This document shows positions 38,490 to 50,710 of a stretch of DNA of 64,000 nucleotides, piece by piece; position 1 is the stretch's first letter, and every line of letters begins with the position of its first letter. The DNA is taken from the NCBI RefSeq assembly GCF_006345805.1, contig NC_043010.1, forward strand, positions 10,664,001 to 10,728,000. Direction: 5' to 3'. This stretch comes from Octopus sinensis. Taxonomy: Eukaryota. The position numbers were made by a program, and so were the translations under genes. The notes beneath the pieces are model-generated. The model worked only from the letters and a program-made list of their open reading frames with translations. It searched no databases and was not told the origin of the DNA.

Positions 38490-38911
38490 CATTTCTTATT
38501 TCTTTATTGCCCACTAGGGGCTAAAAATAGAAGGGGCAAACAACGACAGACAAATGGATTAAGTCAATTATATCAACCCCAGTGCATAACTGGTACTTAA
38601 TTTATCAACCCTGAAAGGATGAAAGGCAAAGTCGACCTCGGCGGAATTTGAACTCACAACGTAACGGCAGATGAAATACCTATTTCTTTACTACCCACAA
38701 GGGGCTACACACAGAGAGGACAAACAAGGACAGACAAACGGATTAAGTCGATTATATCGACCCCAGTGCATAACTGGTACTTATTTAATCAACCCCAAAA
38801 GTATGAAAGGCAAAGTCGGTCTCGACGGAATTTGAACTCAGAACGTAAAGACAGATGAAATACCGCTAAGCATTTCACCGGCCGTGCTAATGTTTCTGCC
38901 AGCTCGCCGGC
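38490..38911 (-). mobile_element. SINE family B dimer (full unit plus 5'-clipped unit)
   Basis: Junction AAAGAAATA|GGTATTTC at ~38680; AACCAATTA repeated on both flanks. Confidence 0.8.
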
Positions 38912-39267
38912 CATAACCAATTACCCTTTCTGTGGTGCCCCCCCCTTCCCCCGATGCCCTATGTAAATGCTTATTTTGCTTAATGGTTGATCCAGGTCTG
39001 GTGACACTATCAGCCATTCATGATCTTGGAAAAGAAACATTGCTAAAACTGCAGTCTTAATTCTAATGTTTAAAACTTGATCCAGGTTTTTTAGTAACCC
39101 AGAAAGTATCAAAATAGACATTTTAAATGCAAGTGAAGCTGCTGGTACAATGGCACATTATTTGACACTCTTATACAGCAGGACTTCCACCTTAAAGTCT
39201 TTATCTTTATTTTGGGTTGCTTCATTTTACGTCCCAGATGTACTAGACTATAACTTCAGAAAATACT

Positions 39268-39913
39268 CTTTTCTACTCTAAGCATAAGGCTTGAAATTTT
39301 TTGGAGGGGTGGGTGCCAGTCAATTAGATCGACCCCAGTACATAACTGGTACTTAATTTATCAACCCTGAAAGGATGAAAGGCAAAGTCAACCTTGGCGA
39401 AATTTGAACTCAGAACGTAGCAACAGACGAAATACCTATTTTTCACTACCCACAAGGGGCTAAACACAGAGAGGACAAACAAGGACAGACAAACGGATTA
39501 AGTCGATTACATCGACCCCAGTGTGTAACTGGTACTTATTTAAGGTGGCGAGCTGGCAGAAACGTTAGCACGCCGGGCGAAATGCGTAGCCGTATATCGT
39601 CTGCCATTATATTCTGAGTTCAAATTCTGTCGAGGTCGACTTTGCCTTTCATTCTTTCAGGGTCGATAAATTAAGTACCAGTTTCTCACTGGGGTCGATG
39701 TAATCGATTTAATCCGTTTGTCTGTCCTTGTTTGTCCCCTCTGTGTTTAGCCCCTTGTGGGTAGTAAAGAAATATGTACTTATTTAATCGACCCCGAAAG
39801 GATGAAAGGCAAAATCAACTTTGACGGAATTTGAACTCAGAACATAGCAACAGACGAAATACCGCTAAGCATTTTGCCTGGTGTGCTAACGATTCTGCCA
39901 GCTTTCTGCCTTT
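39268..39913 (-). mobile_element. SINE B dimer with a plus-strand B copy nested at 39542-39775
   Basis: TSD GTACTTATTTAA around the nested copy; same dimer junction at ~39435. Confidence 0.8.
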
Positions 39914-40014
39914 CAGGTACAAAATACTGTAAGGATGGTTTACTCTCATTGACATTTATTAATTCCAATGGCATATGGTTATACATATTCAGCATACACT
40001 CATTCATTTAAAAC

Positions 40015-40249
40015 AAGGTGGCGAGCTGGCAGAAACGTTAGCACGCCGGGCGAAATGCGTAGCTGCATTTCGTCTCTCGTTACATTCTGAGTTCAAATTC
40101 CGCCGAGGTCGACTTTGCCTTTCATCCTTTCGGGGTCGATAAAATAAAGTACCAGTTTCGCACTGGCGTCGATGTAATTTGACTTAATCCCTTTGTCTGT
40201 CCTTGTTTGTCCCCTCTATGTTTAGCCCCCTGTGGGCAGTAAAGAAAAT
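40015..40249 (+). mobile_element. SINE family B monomer
   Basis: ~20-bp TSD ATACACTCATTCA(T/C)TTAAAA. Confidence 0.85.
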
Positions 40250-41337
40250 ACACTCATTCACTTAAAATTGATGATATAACTAAAACGATTTGTGTTTAAA
40301 CATAAATTGGCAGAAGGTTCACATCAGAGACTTAAAGATATATCTAAAAATAAGGGAATAGTGGGGGGGGTGTCATATTATATAAGAGGGCAATATACAT
40401 AACTTCTTTTTTTGGCAACAAAATGTAGTGGAGGTGTATTATTTTCGAGATTGTACTGTATTCATGTAAATGTTGTAAATATAATATATAAACATATATG
40501 CATACACACACATGTGTGTGTGTATGTATCAATTTACTATTATATCCCATGGTGCCAAGTAAAAATAATAACTTCACAGAATGACTAACTCACAGAATAA
40601 GTTCAAATTAGGATGAAATCAGGTAAAATTGCTTTCTCTAAAATGTATGAAGAACTGATGAAGGATGTGAATCTACAATCTCCTATCATCTTGATAGTCG
40701 GCACAACATCAAAAGCAATGTATTCTAATGATACAGAATGCTCTCTCACTGATGTCCACAATTGCTGTTATGATGTCGAGACAGTTGTTATTCTTCAGTA
40801 TGGTGAATGGAGCTTATTTGAACAAATATTAGTTATTCCAGAATGGAGATAAAAACAAAAAAAAAAGAAGAAAGAAAATAAGAAAAAAAAATCTCTGAGA
40901 GAATGGTATAGATGAAATAGAATATAATAAAAAAAAAAAAAAAAAAAACAGAAATAGAAAATGAATAAATAAATAAATAAATAAATAAAACTACAAAATG
41001 GAGGGAAAACTGAATGTAAGCAAATGAAATAAAACGATTGCAATGTAATGACAAATATCAAAGAAGACTCGCAGAAAAAGCCATTTTTGATATGGCAGAA
41101 CAGTAAAAATTGTAGTTCATCCTTTGCTATGTAATCAAACCAGTAGCTACGTAATGGCTCACACAAGACCATCATTTGTGTTCATTTAGAAATTCTTATT
41201 GGCTTTAAAAAGTAAGAAGGCCTCTTCTAAACAAGACACACGAAATAACAAGTACTTGCGCAGGCATGCATCTTCATAAACACAATTAGGATTAAATTCA
41301 CTCACATGCATACATACATACATACATGCATACACTC

Positions 41338-41407
<70 letters not shown>

Positions 41408-41833
41408 TATATATATATATGTATATATATTATATATATATGTATATTATATATATATATATATATTATATATATATATATACACACACAAATATATGCA
41501 AACATACATATAACATGAGTACAAAAGCACACAACTGATATATGAAAATACATACTATTCACTCATGTAACCATATGCATCATTTTATCTCTGCTGCTAA
41601 CACTAAGAAGTTCACACACTGAAGTGCATGACTGTATATACACATAGATATAAACACACACACACACACACACACACACGTACACATTTGTGCATGTGCA
41701 CAAATAAAAGATCTCATGCACACATCCACACACATGCAGCAATAAACATCTAACATTATATTCATCTGCATTACCAATTTTTACAGATAAACGTATAGAT
41801 CTGCACCAATAATTACACACACATAAGCATGTT

Positions 41834-41864
<31 letters not shown>

Positions 41865-42920
41865 GCTGCTATACATATGCACATATATATATGTAATATA
41901 TATATATATATATTATATATATATATATATAGGGTAAATACATATATTTACATTATATATATAATATATATATATATATACATATACATACATACATATA
42001 TATATATATACATATACATACATATATATATATATACATACATATATATATATATATACATACATATATATATATATCTATATATATACACATACATACA
42101 TATTTATATATGTATATATATATATATACATATACATACATACATATATATATATATATGTGTATATATGTATACATATATACACGCACATATAAATGTG
42201 TGTATGGTTGTGTTTGCATGTGTATATGTATATATAGATATATATGTATATGAGAAAGAGAGAGAGAGAGAGGAAAGAGATAGTGACACACAGACACACA
42301 AACGCAAATACAGTAAAAATACAAATAATCCACCCTATATCCTAAGAGCTAATGATTTAACTAACGAGGGAAACATGATGGAACTTCCAAACTTATCAAT
42401 CATAACACAACGCTTGTCTTTCTTATCCTGCCTCTCTCTCTCTCTCTCTCTACCTAATTGACTGACAATTTCCTCACGAGCAATAAAAAGACAATGTTAC
42501 TATAAAATAACTAAATACCATTAATCACCTTCACCAAAAAGCAAAAATGATCAATCATTATTAACCTTTATTATCATAAGGTGACTTCTGAAACAACCAG
42601 GTCATGGAAAGAACTAAAGATTATTACTTAGAATATATCTAATCAGGTCAGTGTTTTACTGTCAGCTTTTGACAATTCTGAAAACTTGGCCATTTCTAAG
42701 CGTATTACAAGAATGGTGTTTGCTATGGTAGCCATGACAAAGAAGCTGACCTAGTATTTTAGGATGTTCCATTATCCCTACAATCTAGATAAGTAGCTAT
42801 CCAGCTTATAGCTTGTGTAGAGAATTGGGTCATGGTATAATTCTAAAAAGGATTACAATACAATATCTCTTACTTTTGAAATAATCATAATTTACATTCA
42901 CTTCCAGGTTAAACATAGTG

Positions 42921-43305
42921 TAGGCGCAATGGCCCAGTGGTTAGGGCAGTGGACTCACGGTCATAGGATCACGGTTTCGATTCCCAGCCCGGGCGTTGTG
43001 AGTGTTTATTGAGCGAAAACACCTAAAGCTCCACGAGGCTCCGGCAGGGATGGTGGTGATCCCTGCTGTACTCTTTCACCACAACTTTCTCTCTCTTTTA
43101 CTTCCTGTTTCTGTTGTACCTGTATTTTTCAAAGGGCCGGCCTTGTCACTCTCTGTGTCATGCTGATTATCCCCGAGAACTACGTTAAGGGTACACGTGT
43201 CTGTGGAGTGCTCAGCCACTTACACGTTAATTTCACAAGCAGGCTGTTCTGTTGATTCGGATCAACCGGAACCCTCGTCGTCGTTACCGACGGAGTGCTT
43301 CCAAA
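42921..43305 (+). mobile_element. SINE group D, tail type 2
   Basis: Same head as 6438; tail matches 59064-59280 (minus). Confidence 0.85.
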
Positions 43306-43755
43306 ACAATCCTTATAGTATTAAAAACGCTTTCTACATTGGCAGAAGGCCACAAATTCGTAGGACACTACCCTTTAAGTTGGGCTAGAGGACCATCTTT
43401 TGAGCCTAATTTCTACAGCTAGGTGCCACTTTACAGAGTGCATTATATCACTAGTGAGTCTCTACGTTGTCTCTTGTTTATAAACCACTTTACAATTTAT
43501 GACACCAACACTTGTGTGCTTGCCTTCTGCCTTGCTAAGACTAAAGGACTTTCAATACTTTATACTGTGTCCAATACCTTAACACCATGTGATCAAAAAT
43601 TTAAATAGTAAAGAGAGTTATAACAGGAGAAAACAAGTTTTATAAAATGTAAAATATTTGTGAAATAGCAATACCTGGAAACAGTTATCCTGTGTGTAAA
43701 CACTAAGAACATTTTTGCTCTTTTCTCTCAATTGTTAAATTAGTAATGCTCTATG

Positions 43756-44263
43756 GTATGGCCTGGTCAGCCTGTAATGACATGCATAAGATCTGGTCAT
43801 CAAATCTAAGTAGAGACTTCAAACTTGAAATCTTCAAAGCCACAGTCGAACCAATTCTACTATATGGCTCAGAAACCTGGATGTTATCAAAGAAGCTTGA
43901 GAAGTGGTTGGATGGAACCTACACTCACCTCCTTATGAGAGCTCAAAATCTCTCGTGGAAGCGCCATCCAACTAAAATGCAAATATATGGGAAACTACCA
44001 CATGTGTCATCTCTTGTGAAAGGTAGGAGAGTCCAGTTTGCTGGACATTGTTGTAGAGCTGAAAACGAGGCAATTTCTACTCTTCTCCTCTGGAAGCCAT
44101 CTACTTGCAATACTAGAGGGCACACACTCTCCTACCCTGATGTAATCTCCAGGTATACAGGCATCCAGCAACAGGACCTCCGTAATGCCATGATGGACCG
44201 TGAAGTCTGGTGTAGCATGGAAAATTCCATTGTCTCGACCACGGTCAAACAATGATGATGATG
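43756..44263 (+). mobile_element. 5'-truncated RTE-clade LINE with an uninterrupted ORF C-terminus, (TGA)n tail and 11-bp TSD
   Basis: KIWSS...KLEIFKATVEPILLYGSETW...RRVQFAGHCCR...MMDREVW; TSD AATGCTCTATG at 43745-43755 and 44264-44274. Confidence 0.85.
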
Positions 44264-44756
44264 AATGCTCTATGAAGAAAAAGAGAAAAAAAACACACAC
44301 TCACACATTCCATGAATTCCTTCCAGACCATAATTATTATCTCTCTATAAGAATTTTCTTGCTTCATAAAATGTTTAATTACTCAATATATCTTAGGTTA
44401 TATCATGCTGAAGATTTCTAAACAGAATGAAATAGTACAATAAGTGATTAGTACTGACTAAAAATTTTAAGAACGTTGTAATAAGTAGACTAAAAATTAA
44501 AGAAAATTAAATATATAAATTCTATTTTCTTATTCCGTAATTTCAAATTCAAAATTCTAACACTGCCAAATATCATGGAGAAATGATTATTTCCCTTTTA
44601 ATAACTGTCCTGTGGGGACAAATGGGATTTGGAAATATGCTGTGTAATAATCTTGAGGTCTAGAGGCCACAACAAACAATAACAACAAACATAATCTGAG
44701 GAATATTTCCCTTTCACAAGTATTAACCTATTGACATTTAAACGCCTGCGCCTATA

Positions 44757-44967
44757 TACTCTTTTACTCTTTTACTTGTTTTAGTCATCTGACTGCAGCC
44801 ATGCTGGAGCACCGCCTTTAATCGAGAAACTCGACCCCGGGACTTATTCTTTGTAAGCCCAGTACTTATTCTATCGGTCTCTTTTGCTGAACTGCTAAGT
44901 GACGGGGACATAAACACACTAGCATCAGTTGTCAAGCAATGCAAGGGGGACAAATACAGACACACAA

Positions 44968-45000
<33 letters not shown>

Positions 45001-45164
45001 CGATGGGCTTCTTTCAGTTTCCGTCTACCAAATCCACTCACAAGGCTTTGTTCGGCCTGAGGCTATGGCAGAAGACACTTGCCCGAGGTGCCACGCAGTG
45101 GGACTGAACCCGGAACCATGTGGTTGGTAAGCAAGCTACTTACCACACAGCCACTCCTGCACCT
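44757..45164 (-). mobile_element. SINE family A
   Basis: Full-length match. Confidence 0.85.
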
Positions 45165-45482
45165 ATATGTAAAAATTTTTTAAATAGCATCCTGGGGTAG
45201 TATTGATTTACCAGTATCAGTTGTGATGTTAAAAGGTTGGAAACCTCTGCATGAGATGGAGCCATAGTGTAGTATTAAAAATGCTTTACTACACTGGCAG
45301 AAGGCCACAAATTCGTAGGGTATAAATAAAGTTGGCTTATCAAGTGCTCTTCATGCCTCATAAATATTTTATCTTCCTGCAAGGTTTTTCACTCCAGAAA
45401 CTTGAATATGAAAGCAAACACGAGTCACGTATTTGATACTTTACTGTTTCAGACACTTCATCACTGTTTCTATAGCATTCAA

Positions 45483-45803
45483 TCATCATCATCATCATCA
45501 TCGTTTAACGTCCGCTTTCCATGCTAGCATGGGTTGGACGATTTGACTGAGGGCTGGTGAACCAGATGGCTGCACCAGGCTCCAATCTGATCTGGCAGAG
45601 TTTCTACAGCTGGATTCCCTTTCTAGCGCCAACTACTCTAAGAGTGTAGTGGATGCTTTTACGTGGCACCGGCACGAGGGACAGTCAGGCGGTGCTGGCA
45701 ACGACCTTACTCGAATGTTTTTACACATGCCACTGGTGCAAGTGCCAGTAAGGCGACACTGGTAATGATCACACTCGAAAGGTGCCTTTTACGTGCCACT
45801 GGC
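45483..45803 (-). mobile_element. Family C (RTE 3' end with 2-3 repeat units)
   Basis: (CAT)n tail and GTGGCAC/GTGCCAC units. Confidence 0.8.
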
Positions 45804-46055
45804 GGTTTAACAAAATTAGTAGAGTATGGGAGAAATTGTCATGTGAAACTTGATTATACAACTTTAAATTTAGATTTCAAATCCCATTGTGATCAACTAT
45901 GTTTTATATCTTTTTGGAGTCAATAAGTTAAATACTGGAGTTAATGAAATCAACTATGCTCGACACCCTAAATTCAAAGTCATGTGCCTGTTTCATAAAC
46001 CTAACAATGATTCAAAGAAAAATGTACAAGTAAACTCAGTGCTTAAATTATATAT

Positions 46056-46474
46056 ACTTTTTACTCTCTTTTACTCTTTTACTTGTTTCAGTCAATTTGA
46101 CTGCGGCCATGCTGGAGCACCGCCTTTAGTCGAGCAAATCGACCCCGGGACTTATTCTTTGTAAGCCCAGTGCTTATTCTATCGGTCTCTTTTTGCCGAA
46201 CTGCTAAGTGACGGGGACGTAAACACACCAGCATCAGTTGCCAAGCAATGCTAGGGGGACAAACACAGACACACAAACACACACACATACACATTTATAT
46301 ATACATATATACGACAGGCTTCTTTCAGTTTCCGTCTACCAAATCCACTCACAAGGCTTTGGTTGGCCTGGGGCTATAGTAGAAGACACTTGCCCAAGGT
46401 GCCATGCAGTGGGACTGAACCCGGAACCATGTGGTTGGTTAGCAAGCTACTTACCACACACCCACTCCTGCACC
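46056..46474 (-). mobile_element. SINE family A
   Basis: Full-length match. Confidence 0.85.
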
Positions 46475-46982
46475 TTTTATTATCAATAAAATATATAACA
46501 GAATGTCTAAAACTGAAAGCATGACTTCGAATATGTTTGACTGGTGGACAGGATGTTTGATATAGAAGTTTAGTGGCATACTACTTGAAAATAGTACTTT
46601 CGGAACTTGCTTTGTGTATACATAAGTGATATTTCAACAATATTTCTCACATTTCCAGGAACTTGTCTACTAAAATGGCATCAAACTATAAAACATCACA
46701 GTTTCAGCAAATCTATAAATGGAAGTGATGGACACTTAATAGGTAAAACTATCTCCTGTCAGAATTGAAACAAAATGATCAAAGAGCTGACTCAAATTAA
46801 ACATTATGTGTTTATCAATGTGATATGTGTAGGTGATTATACCACCATATTTAATGGAATATAAGGCATACTTTCCTTCAAAAAACAAGAGATGTCTCAA
46901 AAGCTCACCTTAGGTCCGATATATGAAGTTGGGTCAATATTATATGCTTTAATGTTCAACAAATATTTTTCTCATAGCCACC

Positions 46983-49320
46983 GCCCCCGTGTTGGTGGCA
47001 CGTAAAAGCACCATCCGTTCGTGTCCGTTGCCAGCCTCGCCTGGCCCCCGTGCCGGTGACACATAAAAGCACCATCCGTTCGTGGCCGTTGCCAGCCTCA
47101 CCTGGCCCCCGTGCCGGTGACACGTAAAAGCACCATCCGTTCGTGGCCATTGCCAGCCTCACCTGGCCCCCGTGCCAGTGACACGTAAAAGCACCATCCG
47201 TTCGTGGCCATTGCAAGCCTCACCTGGCCCCGTGCCGGTGAACATAAAAGCACCATCGTTCGTGGCCATTGCCAGCCTCACCTGGCCCCGTGCCGGTGAC
47301 ACGTAAAAGCACCATCCGTCGTGGCCATTGCCAGCCTCACCTGGCCCCCGTGCCGGTGACACATAAAAGCACCATCCGTTCGTGGCCATTGCCAGCCTCA
47401 CCTGGCCCCCGTGCCAGTGACACATAAAAGCACCATCCGTTCGTGGCCATTGCCAGCCTCACCTGGCCCCCGTGCCGGTGACACATAAAAGCACCATCCG
47501 TTCGTGGCCGTTGCCAGCCTCACCTGGCCCCCGTGCCGGTGACACATAAAAGCACCATCCGTTCGTGGCCGTTGCCAGCCTCACCTGGCCCCCGTGCCAG
47601 TGACACATAAAAGCACCATCCGTTCGTGGCCATTGCCAGCCTCACCTGGCCCCCGTGCCGGTGACACATAAAAGCACCATCCGTTCGTGTCCGTTGCCAG
47701 CCTCACCTGGCCCCCGTGTTGGTGGCACGTAAAAGCACCATCCGTTCGTGGCCGTTGCCAGCCTCACCTGGCCCCCGTGCCAGTGACACATAAAAGCACC
47801 ATCCGTTCGTGGCCGTTGCCAGCCTCACCTGGCCCCCGTGTTGGTGGCACGTAAAAGCACCATCCGTTCGTGGCCGTTGCCAGCCTCACTGGCCCCCGTG
47901 CCAGTGAACACTAAAAGCACCATCGTTCGGTCCGTTGCCAGCCTCACCTGGCCCCCGTGCGGGGACACATAAAAGCACCATCCGTTCGTGGCGTTGCCAG
48001 CCTCACCTGGCCCCCGTGCCGGTGACACATAAAAGCACCATCCGTTCGTGGCCGTTGCCAGCCTCACCTGGCCCCCGTGCCGGTGACACATAAAAGCACC
48101 ATCCGTTCGTGGCCGTTGCCAGCCTCACCTGGCCCCCGTGCCGGTGACACGTAAAAGCACCATCCGTTCGTGGCCGTTGCCAGCCTCACCTGGCCCCCGT
48201 GTTGGTGGCACGTAAAAGCACCATCCGTTCGTGGCCATTGCCAGCCTCACCTGGCCCCCGTGTTGGTGGCACGTAAAAGCACCATCCGTTCGTGGCCGTT
48301 GCCAGCCTCACCTGGCCCCCGTGTTGGTGGACAGTAAAAGCACCATCCGTTCGTGTCCGTTGCCAGCCTCGCCTGGCCCCCGTGCCGGTGACACATAAAA
48401 GCACCATCCGTTCGTGGCCGTTGCCAGCCTCACCTGGCCCCCGTGTTGGTGGCACGTAAAAGCACCATCCGTTCGTGGCCGTTGCCAGCCTCACTGGCCC
48501 CCGTGTTGGTGGCACGTAAAAGCACCATCCGTTCGTGTCCGTTGCCAGCCTCACCTGGCCCCCGTGCCGGTGACACGTAAAAGCACCATCCGTTCGTGTC
48601 CGTTGCCAGCCTCGCCTGGCCCCCGTGCCGTGTGACACATAAAAGCACCATCCGTTCGTGGCCGTTGCCAGCCTCACCTGGCCCCGGTTGGTGGCACGTA
48701 AAAGCACCATCCGTTCGTGTCCATTGCCAGCCTCGCCTGGCCCCAGTGCCGGTGACACATATAAAAGCACCATCCGTTCGTGTCCGTTGCCAGCCTCACC
48801 TGGCCCCCGTGTTGGTGGCACGTAAAAAGCACCTCCGTTCGTGTCCGTTGCCAGCCTCTTCTGGCCCCCGTTGTGGTGGGACACGTAAAAGCACTATCCG
48901 TTCGTGTCCGTTGCCAGCCTCACCTGGCCCCCGTGCGGTGACACATAAAAGCACCATCCGTTCGTGTCCGTTGCCAGCCTCGCCTGGCCCCCGTGCCGGT
49001 GACACGTAAAGGCACCATCCGTTTCGTGGCCGTTTGCCAGCCCTGTCTGGCCCCCGTGCCGGTGACACGTAAAAACACCATCCGTTCGTGTCCGTTGCCA
49101 GCCTCACCTGGCCCCCGTGTTGGTGGCACGTAAAAGCACCATCCGTTCGTGGCCGTTGCCAGCCTCACCTGGCCCCCGTGTTGGTGGCACGTAAAAGCAC
49201 CATCCGTTCGTGTCCGTTGCCAGCCTCGCCTGGCCCCCATGCCGGTGACACGTAAAGGCACCATCCGTTTCGTGGCCGTTTGCCAGCTCTGTCTGGCACC
49301 TGTGCAGGTGGCACGTAAAA
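46983..49320 (+). repeat. GC-rich minisatellite, ~38 copies of a 61-bp unit, forming the 5' part of a family C retroelement
   Basis: Unit GCCCCCGTG(CC/TT)GGTG(A/G)CAC(A/G)TAAAAGCACCATCCGTTCGTG(G/T)CCGTTGCCAGCCTCACCTG. Confidence 0.95.
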
Positions 49321-49496
49321 AGCACCCACTACACTCACGGAGTGGTTGGCGTTAGGAAGGGCATCCAGCCATAGAAACACTGCCAGATCTGACTGGGCCT
49401 GATGAAGCCTTCCAGCTTCACAGACCCCAGTTGACCCGTCCAACCCATGCTAGCATGGAAAACGGACACTAAATGATGATGATGATGATGATGATG
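49321..49496 (+). mobile_element. Family C tail terminating the VNTR
   Basis: AGCACCCACTACACTC...GGAAGGGCATCCAGC...CCAACCCATGCTAGCATGG...(GAT)n. Confidence 0.85.
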
Positions 49497-49599
49497 TGCT
49501 GCTGGGATTGGTGGTGTTGGTGTTTAATATTACTGTTCGTCTTTTATGCCATCAAATAGGATAATTGTTGCAGAGAGCTCTGGATCTGTATGTTAAAAT

Positions 49600-49800
49600 C
49601 TACAGCTTCTGAACCAACTGATTTCTGGAGAATGAAGTGTGAGTGCTGAGAGAAGTTTGAGAATATTGAAGTCACTGAGAATGAGGACTTCAGAGGGAGG
49701 AGATGTACCGAGTGTGTCCTTGATGCAGAAAAAATGAGGGCTTATTGAAGATGTGAGGAATTAAGAGAGTCATAGTGATAGAAGCAGAACATATATTTAC
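49600..49800 (-). pseudogene. Possible LINE APE-endonuclease remnant
   Basis: Minus strand SEVLILSDFNI resembles the ILGDFN motif; highly decayed. Confidence 0.3.
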
Positions 49801-50276
49801 AAAACTGGAAAAGATACTTTGATCCAGAATTCCTTTTTTTTGTTTTTTTTTTTTGGCTGATACTAGATGAAAGAGATGCAGAGATTATCTATATACATGC
49901 AATTACTGCCTTTTTCGAGTGAAGATAACACTTAGAGCATGGTCCATATATAATAGATTAGCTATAGATATGAGTTAAGCAGTGTGTGTTTTAAAAGAGG
50001 ACAGGATATATGTTTATAGGTGATGGATTGGATCCAGGCTGAACAGATGTCCACAAATGTTAATAAAAAAAAAAGATGGAAAATTATCTAGCAGACTTAA
50101 CGTGGATGTATTTTTTAGTTTTGTCTTAATATTTTCGTAATGGTTTTGTTTAGGTTGTGAGTGAGGACAAAGGAGACGCGGACTAATTACAGCATTGAAT
50201 CCAATTAGTGCCACTGGCTTTCAGTAATTTCAGAAGAGTCTCTCAAAATTCCATACTTGCTGGAGTACCAGTTGTG

Positions 50277-50518
50277 TACTCTTTTACTCTTTTACTTGTT
50301 TCAGTCATTTGACTGCAGCCATATTGGAGAAGCGCCTTTAGTCAAAGAAATCGACCCCCAGGACTTATTCTATGTAAGCCTAGAACTTATTCTATCGGTC
50401 TCTTTTTGCCGAACTGCTAAGTGGCGGGGACGAAAACACACCAGCATCGGTTGTCAAGCGATGCTGGGGGGACAAACACATACACAAACATAGACACACA
50501 CACACACACAACACACAC

Positions 50519-50559
<41 letters not shown>

Positions 50560-50668
50560 ACACACACACACACATATATACACACATATATATGACGGGC
50601 TTCTTTCAGTTTCCGTCTACCAAATCCACTCACAAAGTTTTGGTCAGCCCGAGGCTATAGCAGAAGAT
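50277..50668 (-). mobile_element. SINE family A, 5'-truncated
   Basis: Matches the consensus, with an expanded (CA)n. Confidence 0.8.
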
Positions 50669-50710
50669 ACTATTGAGATAATTCACAATCAGTTCAAACT
50701 AAATATATTT

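Noticed and set aside
40588-40852. Possible host exon (plus-strand 79-aa ORF; minus-strand polypyrimidine tract and GTGAGT donor)
   Set aside because: No recognisable protein similarity, and the minus-strand frame I translated contains a stop. A non-coding exon cannot be excluded without RNA data.
46983-49320. CRISPR-like array or coding repeat (ORFs up to 232 aa)
   Set aside because: There are no unique spacers, the units are contiguous near-identical 61-mers, no cas genes are present and the context is eukaryotic. A 61-bp unit is not a multiple of 3, so the ORFs simply cycle through frames.
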